DNA from: the human T2T-CHM13v2.0 reference genome, Homo sapiens
DNA: 64,000 nucleotides
Assembly: GCF_009914755.1 (NCBI RefSeq)
Contig: NC_060944.1
Strand: one strand, 5' to 3'
The translations under genes were made by a program, and so were the position numbers. Below are positions 13,890 through 27,439 of this stretch, piece after piece (position 1 is the first letter of the stretch; the number at the start of each line of letters is the position of its first letter). The notes beneath the pieces are model-generated. The model saw only the letters and a program-made list of their open reading frames with translations. It made no database searches and was not told the origin of the DNA.

Positions 13890-15470
13890 TGTGCTGTGGC
13901 AGAGTCTACACTGTACATTTTGTTGTCTGAATGATGAGAATGTGCCTCATGGAAAAGTGGTAATGGAAGTGGAGCTGCTCATGGAATTGCCATCTACACT
14001 TCCCTACCTTTCCCAGCCAACAAATAATTTTTCTTTCCAATGATGAGTGAGTAGAGACCATGAGTATCATTTCTGGTCATTTACTAAGCTGGTCTATGGT
14101 ACCTATGTATTCTGTTCCCCTGCTATGCCACCATGGAGTATTATGAGAACACCTTTGTTGGACATGTGGAATGAGTAATGTTTGTCACCTTGATCAACTT
14201 TGTTTGCAAGGTTAATTTGTAATCCAGACATCATCTAGCACTACCCTAACTAATGACAGAACTGTTACCAGGAGTGGGGTGTTAGATATCCAAACCCTAA
14301 AATATGTAGCTTTGGCTTTGTGACTTTCAGCAGACAGTGATAAAGCTTACCTCACAGGCTGAAACATGGCAATCCATGTTTTGCAGGAACAAAATATTTG
14401 GTAAAATTGTCATCTGAGGAACTTTACTTGGAACCAGATGCTGTGGGTTCTGAGCCAGAAACTCTCAGGAAATAAGTCAAAAAAATAGAACCTTAGCATT
14501 GCTGTTGCTTTCCTTTGGCTAGAGTTGACAAGGAATCACTGATTTGAAGGGGGTGATTTTAGAGAGAATTTAAAGGTTCATAGAAAAACTTAAATGAAAT
14601 AGAAATAGCACAGAAATGTGGGGCCTTGTACTGTGGGAAAAACTCTCAAGCCATAGAGGTTGAGATTTAAAAGGGGTTTTAATGCCGATTTACCAATAAG
14701 ATCTTTCACAGAAAATGTATTTTTTAATGTGACTTTTTCACTACAGCCAAGTCTCTAAATAGCCTCCATTAAATTAAAAGCTAGATACTCATGCTAAGAA
14801 GGTGAGGAAATGGGCATTTTAGATTACATATAAAGTGACTTTCAGTGTGATTATTAATATATGGAACTTACTAGAAGTGAATTGGAAGCCTATTGAGTTT
14901 TTGAGAAAATTGTATTGCCAAAGAAGCAGTAAACCCTGTCTAAAAACATCTGTGACTACTGAGGTTTTAAACAATTCTTGGTCCCCCAACCATGCATGGT
15001 CAGGAAATAGGCTGAGAAAGTTGGGTAGTCTCAAAGGAGGGCATATTCCCTAGTTCCATTACATGTGACCAAGGAATATAATAGACAAAGAATAATTTCC
15101 TGGAAAGAGACCCAGGGACACTGAAGAACAATGGGCAAGGGGTCTCCTTCCAGAAAAGAGAATCAGGATCTAATCAAGAAAAATTCTGCATCTTCAGGTT
15201 CTCAAACATCTGCCCAGAAAGAATGAGTAGACAAATGGTGAATTTGTGTCTTCCATTATTCCTGTTTTGTGGTTAATTGTGTTCTTCTCCATTATATAAT
15301 GGAGAGTCAGCAGAAAATGTGTTTATAGGTCATACATTTCTGAACTAAGAGAAACTGCATTCAGACATGATAGAGATATTATTATCTCATGGATATTCTG
15401 GATTTTGAACCAGATACCGTAATAAGATGTATCATTTCTTGTGAGGAGGGATTGAGTGATTTCTACATCT
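13890..15470 (+). mobile_element. MaLR (MLT1) LTR plus internal region
   Basis: LTR end ctaactaatgaca (~14258) followed by gttaccaggagtggggtg...cctaaaatatgtagctttggctttg, the typical MaLR-int start. Confidence 0.6.
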
Positions 15471-15844
15471 AAGCCTATCAGGCAGAATTCCTATAGGAAA
15501 CAGGAGGCACTCCCAAATTAGGATAAACTGAGGAATACTTACTGACAAAGAGATTAGTTAAAAAAAAATGTAGGTAGAGTGTTGAGGAAACAACAAGGTA
15601 TACTACAGAAACCTAGGCCATTGTCATCCATAGGCCCAAAGGAGGGTGTGAATGATTACCAGGACCTGGAAGGGGAGAAGACTGAGTCATTTTGTCATGT
15701 CAAGAGGCTCAGAAAGCCAAGGTGACCTCACAGGGAAAGAACCAGGGCATAAATACCCTGACCTCATTCTCCTCCTCCCCATAGGTCTCCTGGGTCTTTC
15801 CTTTTAGTAGTCCCAGCTGTAAGCCAGTGGGCATTGAAGCCTTT

Positions 15845-16243
15845 TTTTTTTTTTCAAGATAAATAATTTATTTTATGTTTTAATATTTTTTATTTCAATA
15901 GTTTTTTGGGGAACAGGTGGTGTTGGTTACATGAATAAATTCTTTAGTGGTGATTTCTGAGATTTTGATGCACCCATCACCTGAGCAGTGCACACTGAAC
16001 CCAATGTGTAGTCTTTTATCCCTTACCACACAACCCTTTCCCCTGAGTCCCCACAGTCCAATGTATCATTCTTATGCCTTTGTGTCCTCATAGCTTAGCT
16101 CCCACATATGAGTGAGAACATATGATGTTTGGTTTTTCCATTCCTGAGTTACTTCACTTAGAATAATACTCTCCAGTTCCATCCAGGTTGCTGCAAATGC
16201 CATCATTTCATTCCTTTTTATGTCTGAGTAGTATTCCATGGTG

Positions 16244-16329
<86 letters not shown>

Positions 16330-17782
16330 ATTTTCTTTACCCACTCATTGATTGATGGGCATTTGGGCTCTCCATATTTTTGCAATTGCAAATTGTGCTG
16401 CTATAAACATGCGTGGGCACTAAAAACAAAAATCACATGATCATCTCAATAAATGCAGAAAAAGCATTTGACGAAATCCAGCATTCCTTTGTGATTAAAA
16501 CCCACAGCAAAATTGGCATAGAAGGGACATACCTTAAGATAATAAAAGCCATCTACAACAACCCATAGCCAACAATATACTGAATGGGAAAAAGTTGAAA
16601 GCATTCCCCCTGAGAACTGGAACAAGACAAAGATGACCATGTTCACTTATATTCAACATAGTACTGGAAGTCTTAGCCAGAGCAATCAGACAAGAGAAAG
16701 AAATAAAGGGCAACCAAACCAGTAAACAGGAAGTCAAATTGTTGCTGTTTGCTGATGATAGAATCCTATACCTAGAAAACACTAAAGACACATCCTAAAA
16801 GTTCTTAGAACTGGTAAAAGATTCAGCAAAGCTTCAGAATACAAAATTAATGTACACAAATCAGGAGCTCTGCTATACACCAACAGCAACCAAGCTGAGA
16901 ATCAAATCAAGAAGAACTAAACCTCTTTCACAGTAGCTGCAAAATAAAATAAAATACTTAGGAATATACCTAACCAAGGATGTGAAATACTGCTACAAGG
17001 AAAACTACAAAATACTGCTGAAAGAAATCATAGATGACACAAGCAAATGGAAGCACATCCCATGCTCATGGATAGGTAGAATCAATATTGTGAAAATGAC
17101 CATACTGCCAAAAGCAATCTACAAATTCAAGGCAATTCCCACCAAAATACCACCATCATTCTTCACAGAACTAGCAAAAACAATCCTAAAATTTATATGG
17201 AACTAAAAAAGGGCCCACAAAGCAAAACTAAGCAAAAAGAACAAATCTGGAGGCATCGCATTACCTAACTTCAAACTATACTTTAAGGCCATAGTCACCA
17301 AAACAGCATGGTACTGGTATGAAAATAGGCACATAGACCAGTGGAAATGAACAGAGAACCAAGAAATAAAGCCAAATACTTACAGCCAACTGATTTTTGA
17401 CAAAGCAAACAAAAACACAAAGTGGGGAAAGGACCCGCTATTCAACAAATGGTGCTGGGATAATTGGCAAGCTCACATAGAAGAATGAAACTGGATCCTC
17501 ATCTCTCACCCTATACAAAAATCAAGTCAAGATGGATCAAAGACTTAAATCTAAGGCCTGAAACCATAAGATTCTAGAAGATAACATCAGAAAAACCCTT
17601 CTAGACATTGGTTTAGGCAAAGAGTTCATGACCAAGAACCCAAAAGCAAATGCAGCAAAAACAAAGATAAATAGATGGGACTTAATTAAACAAAAAGCTT
17701 CTGCACAGCAAAACAAATAATCGGCAGAGTTAACAGACAAGCCACAGAGAAGGAGAAAATCTTCACAATCTACACATCTGCG
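15845..17782. mobile_element. L1PB-type LINE-1 with 5' inversion (3' end on - strand 15845-~16415; ORF2 piece on + strand ~16420-17782)
   Basis: Poly-T plus antisense L1PB 3'UTR, then sense ORF2 ([16 protein letters not shown]; ORF 16982-17206 [10 protein letters not shown]...[17 protein letters not shown]); TSD attgaa(g/a)ccttt at 15833-15844 and 17783-17794. Confidence 0.93.
16244..16326. repeat. (TA)n(TG)n(TA)n compound microsatellite
   Basis: Read directly; lies inside the L1 3' segment. Confidence 0.97.
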
Positions 17783-18284
17783 ATTGAAACCTTTTGATGC
17801 GTTCTATAAATAACTATTCTATGCACAGAGAGCTGGATACAGAATAGGGACAGCAAGTCCGCCGGGGCAAAGAGAAAATATATGAATAACATGGGAAAGA
17901 AGGAAAACAAGGGTGCTTCACTGACCAGAATAAAGAAATCAGGCATGTAGTCTTCTACTTACACCTTCTTCCATACATTGACAATTCAATTTTCAGTGGG
18001 GAATAAATATATACTATGAGCAACAGACATTACAATATATGTTACAGATTGGTAGGGTTCAAAGCCTCAGCATGGGATAATTGACCTCTGCATTCAGTTA
18101 ATGAGTGGTTGATCTTCGCCAGGACTCAAAGTTCATAACTTCTTTCAGGTTATCATGTGGCTGCCCCAAGACTAGTCATAGACTTTTCAAAAGTGAGTAG
18201 CAGGGAGTAGAGTATATCGAGTTGACTGTGTATAACTACTCGAAGGTGATCACTCCACGTTCTTCACTGCTCCCACTTTGATTT

Positions 18285-18738
18285 ATCATTACATTAATGG
18301 TGCCAATTCTTTACCCCTCTCTATATCCATGCCCTTTACCATGTGACTTTATAGTTCTTTTCACTAACAAGATAAAGCCTGTTTTACCAACCCTTGAAAA
18401 TAGGCCACCTTGCAATTTGCTTTGGCTACATAGGAGGAGGTAAAAGTGATAGTAAGCCACTTCAAGCCTCAAGAACCATGAGAGCATTCCCTAGTTAACC
18501 TGCTGGAGGATAAAAAATACCTAAAGCAGAGCCAAGTCATCCTTGTCACTCCAGCTAGAGTCATTATAGCTTCAGCCTGCTAAACTCTACATGTGGGAGC
18601 AATAACGGGCAAAATCATTGGAATCTAACCTGCCTGAAGTTTATTCAAGATATTTGACTATATACAGTTATTTTGTATCCATTGAAGTTTTTGTGATCGT
18701 TTGTTACACAGTACTGTTGTTGTAGATAACTGATACAC
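18285..18738 (+). mobile_element. MaLR LTR (MLT1G/H-like)
   Basis: ccatgccctttaccatgtgactttatagtt...gtttgttacacag...gataactgataca terminus. Confidence 0.75.
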
Positions 18739-18889
18739 TCTCATGTCCCTTAGCCACATAAAATTACAGCTTCATAGGGCTATTGTACTTTAATGACAGC
18801 TTTGACTGCAAAATGATTTTCAATTCAATTCTCATGAATAGCAATATCAACAATGCTTTTTTTCTGCTGCCTTTACGAGAGGTGTTTAG

Positions 18890-19222
<333 letters not shown>

Positions 19223-19259
19223 CTTAATCACTTTTTAGCTTTAATTAAACCCTGGCCGA

Positions 19260-19420
19260 GAATGCATTAGCCCTGGGCTTCAGTTCCAGATCTGCCTTTT
19301 AACAGCTTCAATTGTGGGTCAACTAATTCAACTTGCTAGGCCTCAAACTTCTCTTCTATAAAATGGGAACAAACTGTTCTGAGAACTAAATGCAGCAATG
19401 TGTGTAAAGCTTTTAGCCTA
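19260..19420 (+). mobile_element. MIR relic
   Basis: ggcctcaaacttctcttctataaaatgggaac...aatgtgtgtaaagc. Confidence 0.65.
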
Positions 19421-19754
19421 GTCCTTTATGGTTTCACAAGTTGATGAGACTGAATCACAAGATAAAAGATTGTATCTACTTCTTGCTATCTCACTTGGAG
19501 ATGAAGTACAGTGTGTAAATTACCATACTAAATGAAAGAAATAAGATAGACTGTACTTACAGTCACAATTTTTATTTCTGCCTATTGTTTGTTGCATTGT
19601 TTTCAGGGGAGAACAGTTTTAATGAGAACCAGTAACCCTAAAAATAAAAATAAAGAGGACAAGAGTCCTTAGTTCATTTATGGTTAGTGTTTACATATTC
19701 CCATGAGGGCGGGATTGCAGTCTGCTTCATTAAATCAACAAAGTTTGGGGCAAG

Positions 19755-20170
19755 CAGTGTGCTGAAGCCAGCCTGTACCTGCTGGTAAGAGTCAATTATT
19801 CAATTTTCAGTATTTTTTTAAAAGCCAGTTGTTACATGCAATTGCTATTAAAAATTTAATTTTTAAATTTAAAATGAAATAAGTTATATTAAAAACAAAG
19901 ATAGTAAATCCTCAAAGCTTATTGCTTCCTAATTATTTTACTATGTTTTGCTATTACCCATGCTCTTGAGCTTATTTACATCAATTGTATCTGCATGGTG
20001 GAAACACTACATAACAGTATGTAAACAGGGAATCTTTTCCCCACTCAACCTTCAGTGTTGCCACACTGGTTGATTACAAGGGCCATAGAGGGAGTATACA
20101 CCAGAGAATTCATCAAATTCTACAAATCATGTTTTTTTGTTGTTGTTATGACAAACAATTCATCAATGTG
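19755..20170. mobile_element. MER63-type hAT DNA transposon fossil
   Basis: cagtgtgctgaagccagcctgtacc...ttcctaattattttacta...ctacaaatca matches recalled MER63 consensus. Confidence 0.75.
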
Positions 20171-20549
20171 TCCAAGAATACCTTTGGGTGATTCTGCCAG
20201 TTGCACTTAGAAAGACATTACTGATTTTGCACTTGTTTAGAAATGACATTATCTCCTATCTACTTTTGCTATGATATTGGGAAGTTGGCTATAACTATAC
20301 ACACTTCTTCAAGAAAAAATAGTCTTCTCCAACAATCTACTGATGAGTCAAACACACTTAAGAAAAAGCCATCAGATTTAACTACAGAATGGGGTCATTG
20401 TAATTCTTAGCTACGTCATGGTCTGGCAAGGGATGGAATGAGAACACTATAGCGGGAATGAGGCAACCTTGGAAACCTGGTACAAATATTTTCTGAGGAG
20501 GCTTCCTTTAATCTGACTTGTTGGCGGACTGTGCTGTGATGGAGGCAGA

Positions 20550-20700
20550 AAACTAGAAGGCCAAGCCCAGCTCAATTGCCTGCTGTCTGGTGACCTTGTT
20601 CAAGTCACTTTCACTCTCCTGCACCTCAATTTTACTTACCTAGAAAATACAAGGATCATATAGGTAATATGTAGGATCTTATATAGCTCTCAAATTTCAT
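20550..20700 (+). mobile_element. MIR relic
   Basis: gtgaccttgttcaagtcactttcactctcctgcacctcaatttt. Confidence 0.7.
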
Positions 20701-22254
20701 GACCTCCAGCTCATAGACGAAGAAATCCAAGAGAAAAGAAACACTTCTGAAAGACAGTCCATTGTATCTTCTCCATTATCTTTGTTGACAAAGAGAATTT
20801 CAGGGGGATGTGGCCAGTCTGAGAGGTGCTGTACTTTAAAGGAAGAGAATTTAATATAAGGCAAAAGATTTTTCATGGGGAGATTATGACCCATGCCTTG
20901 TAGCTTCTTACTTTGTTACAGATCACGTTGAAAAGAAAATGTTGGCACTTTAAGTTCCTGTACAATTTTAAAGAATGCACACACAAATTGTGCTTCAGCA
21001 GGTGACCAGAAACAAGCTGTTTTGTTCAAGTGTAGAGATTGTTGATCTCTGGAAAAACATCCCAGCAGGGGGTAGGAGTGGCAGAGATGAGAGAAAAGGG
21101 GCCTCAGCTCTTGTTGGGTAAACAGTTACCTGGCCTGGTCAGTCCTGGCAGTCTCCTGCTTGCCTCCCCTACACTGCCCACCCTCCTGCTCCGAGGCCAG
21201 AAGCTACCACTGCCTCTGCCTCCACTTGGCTGAACTGGGGCTGGGCTCTCACCTCCTCAGAGCAGACCAGGGGGCACTCATCACCCTGAGTCAGATACAA
21301 GCTGCAGGGGATGACCGATCCTACCACAGAACTCTCACCACACACACTTTAGAGTCTGACTCAGGCCCACCAAAGCAGGACAGTCAGAATTCTGCGGCCA
21401 AGGTTCCCTCACCTCCTCAGTTCCCAAACCCCCTTGGGGGATCAGTCCGCCCACCTTGTGAGCACTCCTGCTGGTGGGAAACCCCAGGGCTTTGGGAGGA
21501 TTTGAGCAGAGAAGGAAGCAGTTTTAGCCAGAGGGAAACGGGTTTTAAGAACAAGCTGGGAGTTGGCACTAAGCCTTCAGATGAAAATTGCTTCACACTT
21601 TGCAAACAATTCCTAGCATCCCTGGGCTTTGACTTCTCATAATTTTGTGTCTCAACTTTATTGTAGGGCCCAGTAGCCTCCTTTTTCTTTTGTTTCTATC
21701 AGTGCCAGTCACAAAGGGGCTCTGGTGGGTCCCTATGACTTAATAAATCTTTCACTGTGAGGCCCTACTGTTCCAATGTGTGACCCCTCTGGGAGATGGT
21801 CATTGCCTGTCTAGTGATGTGGCTGGGGCTGCGTCGGTCAGTGATGCTGGCTCAATCCTACACTACAAGTGAGATCTGCTCTTCTGTAAACTCACTTGAT
21901 AATATAATATGCTTCAGTGGTCAAGATAACTGTGTTTCGTCATTTCCTTTTCCTCTATGTGCTTTAGCTCCATGGTGGAACCTATGTTTTAATATATAAT
22001 TTTGTCGACATCTCTAGAGTTTTGCACAAAACCTATCTAGTTATGTAAGTCATTATCAGCTAATCTGTTAGCTCTGATATGTGGGGCCATTTTGAGGATT
22101 TCTTCTAATCTGAGACTCTTTTTTTTCTCCAAGTCATTCTTATATTTGTTTTGTAGTTCTTTGTTAATTGATTCATCAACCCAGATTAGAGAGTTAATTG
22201 CTACTATTTGATCTTGGCAATGTTAGTATTCCCTATCATGGGATTTAAGAGCCA

Positions 22255-22790
22255 ATGTATTCCACTCCTAAGTGTATACCAAAGAAAAACGAAAACATAT
22301 TTCCCACAAACATTTGCACATAAATGTTCACTGCAACATTATTTATGATAACAAAAACTGGTTAAAAATAGTACATCAACTGATGAGTAGCTAACTAAAT
22401 TATGATATATCTGTAAATGGGATATTATTTATCTATAAAAATATGTGAAGTACGAATACATACTACATGGATGAATCTTGAAAACACTGTGTAAGTGATG
22501 AACCAGCCACAAAGACCACATATTCCATTTATATGAAGTGTTCAGAAAATAGGATAGTGCTTGGCTTGGGTTGAGAGGAAGGGTGGAGGAGAAATAAGGA
22601 GTGACTATTAAGAAACCCATATAGGATTTCTTTTTGGGGTGACGAAGTTTCCAAAATTGATCATGATGATAGTTGCACAACTCTGTGAGTATATTATAAA
22701 CCATTGAAATGCGCACTTTAAATAGATGAATTGAATGGTGAATTCAATCTGAATGTGAATCATATCTCAGGAAAGTTATTATACTAAAAG
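22255..22790 (+). mobile_element. L1M (L1MB-like) 3' end
   Basis: tccactcctaagtgtatacc...acatggatgaatcttgaaaacact...gttgcacaactctgtgagtat. Confidence 0.85.
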
Positions 22791-23079
22791 AACTAAAGGG
22801 CCAATTTATTAAACCTCTATTTTTATTTTATAAATTATTTTTTCTCCTTTGTATTTATTATCAATGAAGTGTTTCACTGCTGTGTAATTAAGAAAAATGT
22901 AACAGCAGTCACCTTATAGAGAAACAATAATACAATAAAATCATTATCAACAAGAGTGATCACAGGGTCTGTATTTACATGGAGTAACTTTATATGGAAC
23001 AAGCAGGGAATACTATGTAGTCGAATGTGGTGGCAACAGCTATTATTATTGCCTTTTAACAATTATTGGCATATGTGAA

Positions 23080-23852
<773 letters not shown>

Positions 23853-24159
23853 TCATAGATGATAGCAGTGCAATTTGAGGTATATATTTCTGTTCTTTGT
23901 TAGTTAATTTGTCAGTCAGTACATCTCAAGTTTTAGACATTCTCCTAACTTGGGAATGAATAATCAAAAAGAAAAAAAAACTAATTTGGAAAACAGGGAA
24001 AATGTATCTTTAAAGAGTAAGGAGACAATACTTTAAAAATAAATCAATCTATAACAGGAAATAGACTATATTTTAAAATACCTAGTCTGCAGGTAAATGA
24101 TTATTTTAGTAAAAGCATTTACAGATTACTTCGCTTCTCTTTAAAGGTAACACCATATA

Positions 24160-24690
24160 TTAATTCAGCAACCATATAAATATTAATTGAGTACTTTCTG
24201 TGTGCCAGGCACATGATGTTAGTGATGAGCCAGTGGCGCTTACATTGTCATGGAAAGACTAACAAAAACCAGCCAAACGAGTACATATAATGTCAGTTGG
24301 TGCTGACAGCTATAAAGAGAAACAATTAAAGTAAGCAATAATAAATTAAAGGGGTGCTGGGATGGTTAGCAAAGGCCTGTCTGAGATGGTGACATTTGCA
24401 CAAAAGCATGAGTTAGGTTAGGTAAGAGTGCACCTTCAATAAAAAGAGTGCACCAGATAGAGGAAACAGCCAATGCAAAATTCTGCAGCAGGAATATGTC
24501 ACCACGTTCAAAGAAAGGCAAGGTGTGATGAGGAAAATGAGAAGAAATGATATTGGAGTAGCCTTCAGGAATCAAGTCACCCTAAGGCCTTGTGGTTATA
24601 GGACTTACAGCTTTATTCTTGGAGCCAAGGTTGAACTGACATGATCAGTTCTGCATATGTGTGACATGATCTGGTATACACTTCAGGACT
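24160..24690 (-). mobile_element. L2 relic (antisense)
   Basis: attgagtactttctgtgtgccaggcac...gaggaaacagccaatgcaaaa...gacatgatctgg. Confidence 0.75.
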
Positions 24691-25114
24691 ATTTTGACAT
24701 TGGGGGGTAAGAGTATAAGCAAAGCAATAGGATGCATGGTATATGGAAGCCAGAAAGAAATCTGAGGCTATTCTCAATCTGGAAAGCAGCAATGAGCCAC
24801 AAGAAAAAAGAGCTAAGTTGATTCAGCCCTATCTTGGAAAGATCAGACTCCAGATAGAAGTTTGCCTTCATCCTGGGGGCTGCTCTGTATGATGGTCAAG
24901 CTGGCATGTGTCTAGGGAGTGAACCAGACAGTAAGAAGAATGTACCTCTTGGAGTGAGGAACTCTCTGCTGTGTTGTGGATTCTGTCTCCACAAAAGCAG
25001 GATCCAAAAATATCTTGAGACATACTCTGGTTCAGGATGTAATGTCAGGATGCTCCACCAGGTTCCCAAAGTTACCTAAAACAGAGGGTCTTAATTGAGT
25101 TTGCTCCTTTCTTT

Positions 25115-25522
25115 GATTGGGGTTCCCAAAAGCCATCCCTGAGATAATATTAATATATTGGGGGAAGTAGAAGAAAATCAGAGATGGGAGAGGGAAAGGG
25201 AGAGAGAGAAAGGAAGGCAGCCCAGAAAGGATGTTTCACAAAATCAGCTACTGCTGTGAGCAAGTGGAACCTAGACTTGCTGGAGACTGCTGGAAAATGG
25301 GGTGAAGCACCTTTATCCTATCCAAGTGGCAAGGAAACCGGGTGTATATGCAAGACTCCTAGCAATCATTCATCTGGCCTGCCATGAGTGGCTAACCTAG
25401 ACTTAGATACCAGAGACTGTCCTTAGGCAAAGAGTAAGTTGGGCTGCTCTGCCCTGAAGGAGTAAGGCAGGAACGAGTAAGGAGTAAGAGATGTAGAGAT
25501 GGTACCCACAGTATCTGCTGCA
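25115..25522 (-). mobile_element. LTR16-like ERVL LTR
   Basis: ttggggttcccaaaagccatccctgaga...aaggaaggcagcccagaaagg...acagtatctgctgca. Confidence 0.55.
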
Positions 25523-26138
25523 ACCACCCCTCAGGGAAATTGCTGTTCACTCAGGCTACCATACAAATAGCACCCCTTGGGGTTTTGCAACATGCATCTT
25601 GTTCATTCTCCCCCTTCTTGTCCCCCGCTCCAGTCCCATCTCTATGATATTTGTTGTGCAGGATGAATTCACGCTTCTCAACATCTAAGCCTTCGGCACA
25701 CCCTTTGGTGGAATTCAAAGTTTCTGCGGAGCAGAGAGCAGTAATTAACAGTGAGACCTTATGATGAGCAAATCACAGGTCAGTAATAACTCAGTTCTTG
25801 GGGAATTCAGTCATGGGGAAGCAACAACTCATAGCTCAAAGTCAGATTCCCTTCTATTTGTAACAATTTCTGGGTGAAGAAGCTTAAGAAGCTAGTCGCA
25901 TTTTTCCCGGATACTGGCAGCCATTGTTTCTCTCTTTTTCTTTCTCCATTAAATAGTACATCCGGGGCACCTGTGTCCCACATTATTTAACAAATGATGT
26001 TCTCATTTTGGCAGGCAACACAGAAAAATATGGTTCCTTTACAGGATTTTCCTTGTGAGCTACAATTTTGATCCAACACCACCATTGATCTGGAAGAAAA
26101 TTATGTATAATAGAGTTTTAATTAGACTCTGAAATGAA

Positions 26139-26164
26139 GTGTGTGTGTGTGTGTGTGTGTGTGT
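26139..26164. repeat. (GT)13 microsatellite
   Basis: Read directly. Confidence 0.95.
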
Positions 26165-27089
26165 TTGGGGTTCGAGTGTGGATGTATGTGTATCCATACG
26201 CTCGCATAAAAATGGTGACCCAGTTTTAACTCTACTGGTACAAGCGAAGCTGTTGTAAGACAGAAATGACTTCATCAGGAAATCCTCATTCAGACTTCCA
26301 AATATACAAATAGATGCCTTTTATTCCACTGTGAATCAAAATGATGCCATGTCCTGTAATTAAGGATGTTATTGACCAGGTTGAATGGGCGCCAACCATG
26401 CCTTGCCTTTGTTTCTATGACAGTCATTTCAAAGTTCAGCATCTTAAGTCTGATAGTCACCTTATTTGGCAAACATTCAGGAATTCTGCTTCCAGGTTTA
26501 TTTCAGGGTGACAGAATTTTCATTTAATCTTTATCTCATGTTAGGAGACACGTTAATTGCTTGAGGCCAGACACACAAATATTTGTGTGCTTGAGGCAGG
26601 TTACTGTGCAGACAAAAATAGTCATAGATGAAAGAAATATATATCCTAACATAGTGACTTGAGCTAAACTATCATTGAGCCGAAGGTTTTTTTTTTAAGT
26701 TGTCAAATGTAAATATATGTGGGATTGAGTCAATAGATAACATTAGCTTATTATTTCTTTCCTGTGGAAGCCATATGCAACCATTAGTCTTTTTAAATAT
26801 TAACTTCTCAAACTGACCAGGTAACTAGCTCCTGTGGGTTCTGTATAATGGTAGGATGAAATGGTCCGTTGAACCAGCATCTTGGGTGGGAGGGGAGCAG
26901 AAACACATTTAGAGCAATGATACAAACACCTCTGAAATCAGCAACTCAACTCTCAGATACACAGGGCCTGTGTGGAATCTCCTCCTTCGGGGGCACTCTG
27001 CCCAACTTCCCCAGCTGCAGGAAAGAAGACATCACCCTAAACACTGAGAGAATGCCTGAACTTGCCGTGTCTTCTCTCTCGCCTGCTCG

Positions 27090-27230
27090 TCCACCCCCAT
27101 CAAATTCTATCTTTGTTTTAGGCCATGACTCACAACCCACCCCCACCCTTCAGTCAGCTGTGACTCATAGCAGAGGCCAGATAAACTGAAGGCTGAACAG
27201 CAGGGGTGGGAGAGAGCTGCAGTGGTTTTT
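27090..27230. promoter_or_regulatory. Candidate AP-1 enhancer
   Basis: TGACTCA at 27126-27132 and 27161-27167, E-box CAGCTG at 27155-27160, CACCC boxes; unique sequence. Confidence 0.4.
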
Positions 27231-27312
27231 TTTTCCCTCTTGCTTTTTTTACCCAGTGAGAAAAGCTAGGTCAAATGGTCAAGTTGTGGGAATCTTTGAG
27301 GGTTTATGTGTA

Positions 27313-27335
27313 TGTGTGTGTGTGTGTGTGTGTGT
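27313..27335. repeat. (TG)n microsatellite
   Basis: Read directly. Confidence 0.95.
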
Positions 27336-27439
27336 TTAATTTGGGGGAATTCCTGCATTGACTGGGGGATTCAGCTAGGTGTACTCTTTGAAGGTAACAA
27401 TAATATTGTGGTTCCAACTTTTACCATTGAGAATAATCT

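Larger units (their letters stand above)
15474..17891 (-). mobile_element. LTR33-like ERVL LTR split by an L1 insertion (pieces 15474-15844 and 17783-17891)
   Basis: aggaaacaggaggcactcccaaattaggataa start and ggggcaaagagaaaatatatgaataaca end resemble antisense LTR33. Confidence 0.6.

Noticed and set aside
16446-17740. Reverse-transcriptase-like ORFs
   Set aside because: Fragments of a dead L1PB ORF2 with stops and frameshifts; not a retron, DGR or other novel RT system
21160-21642. 160-aa ORF
   Set aside because: Starts at TTG, no recognisable domain or splice context; explained by local GC richness
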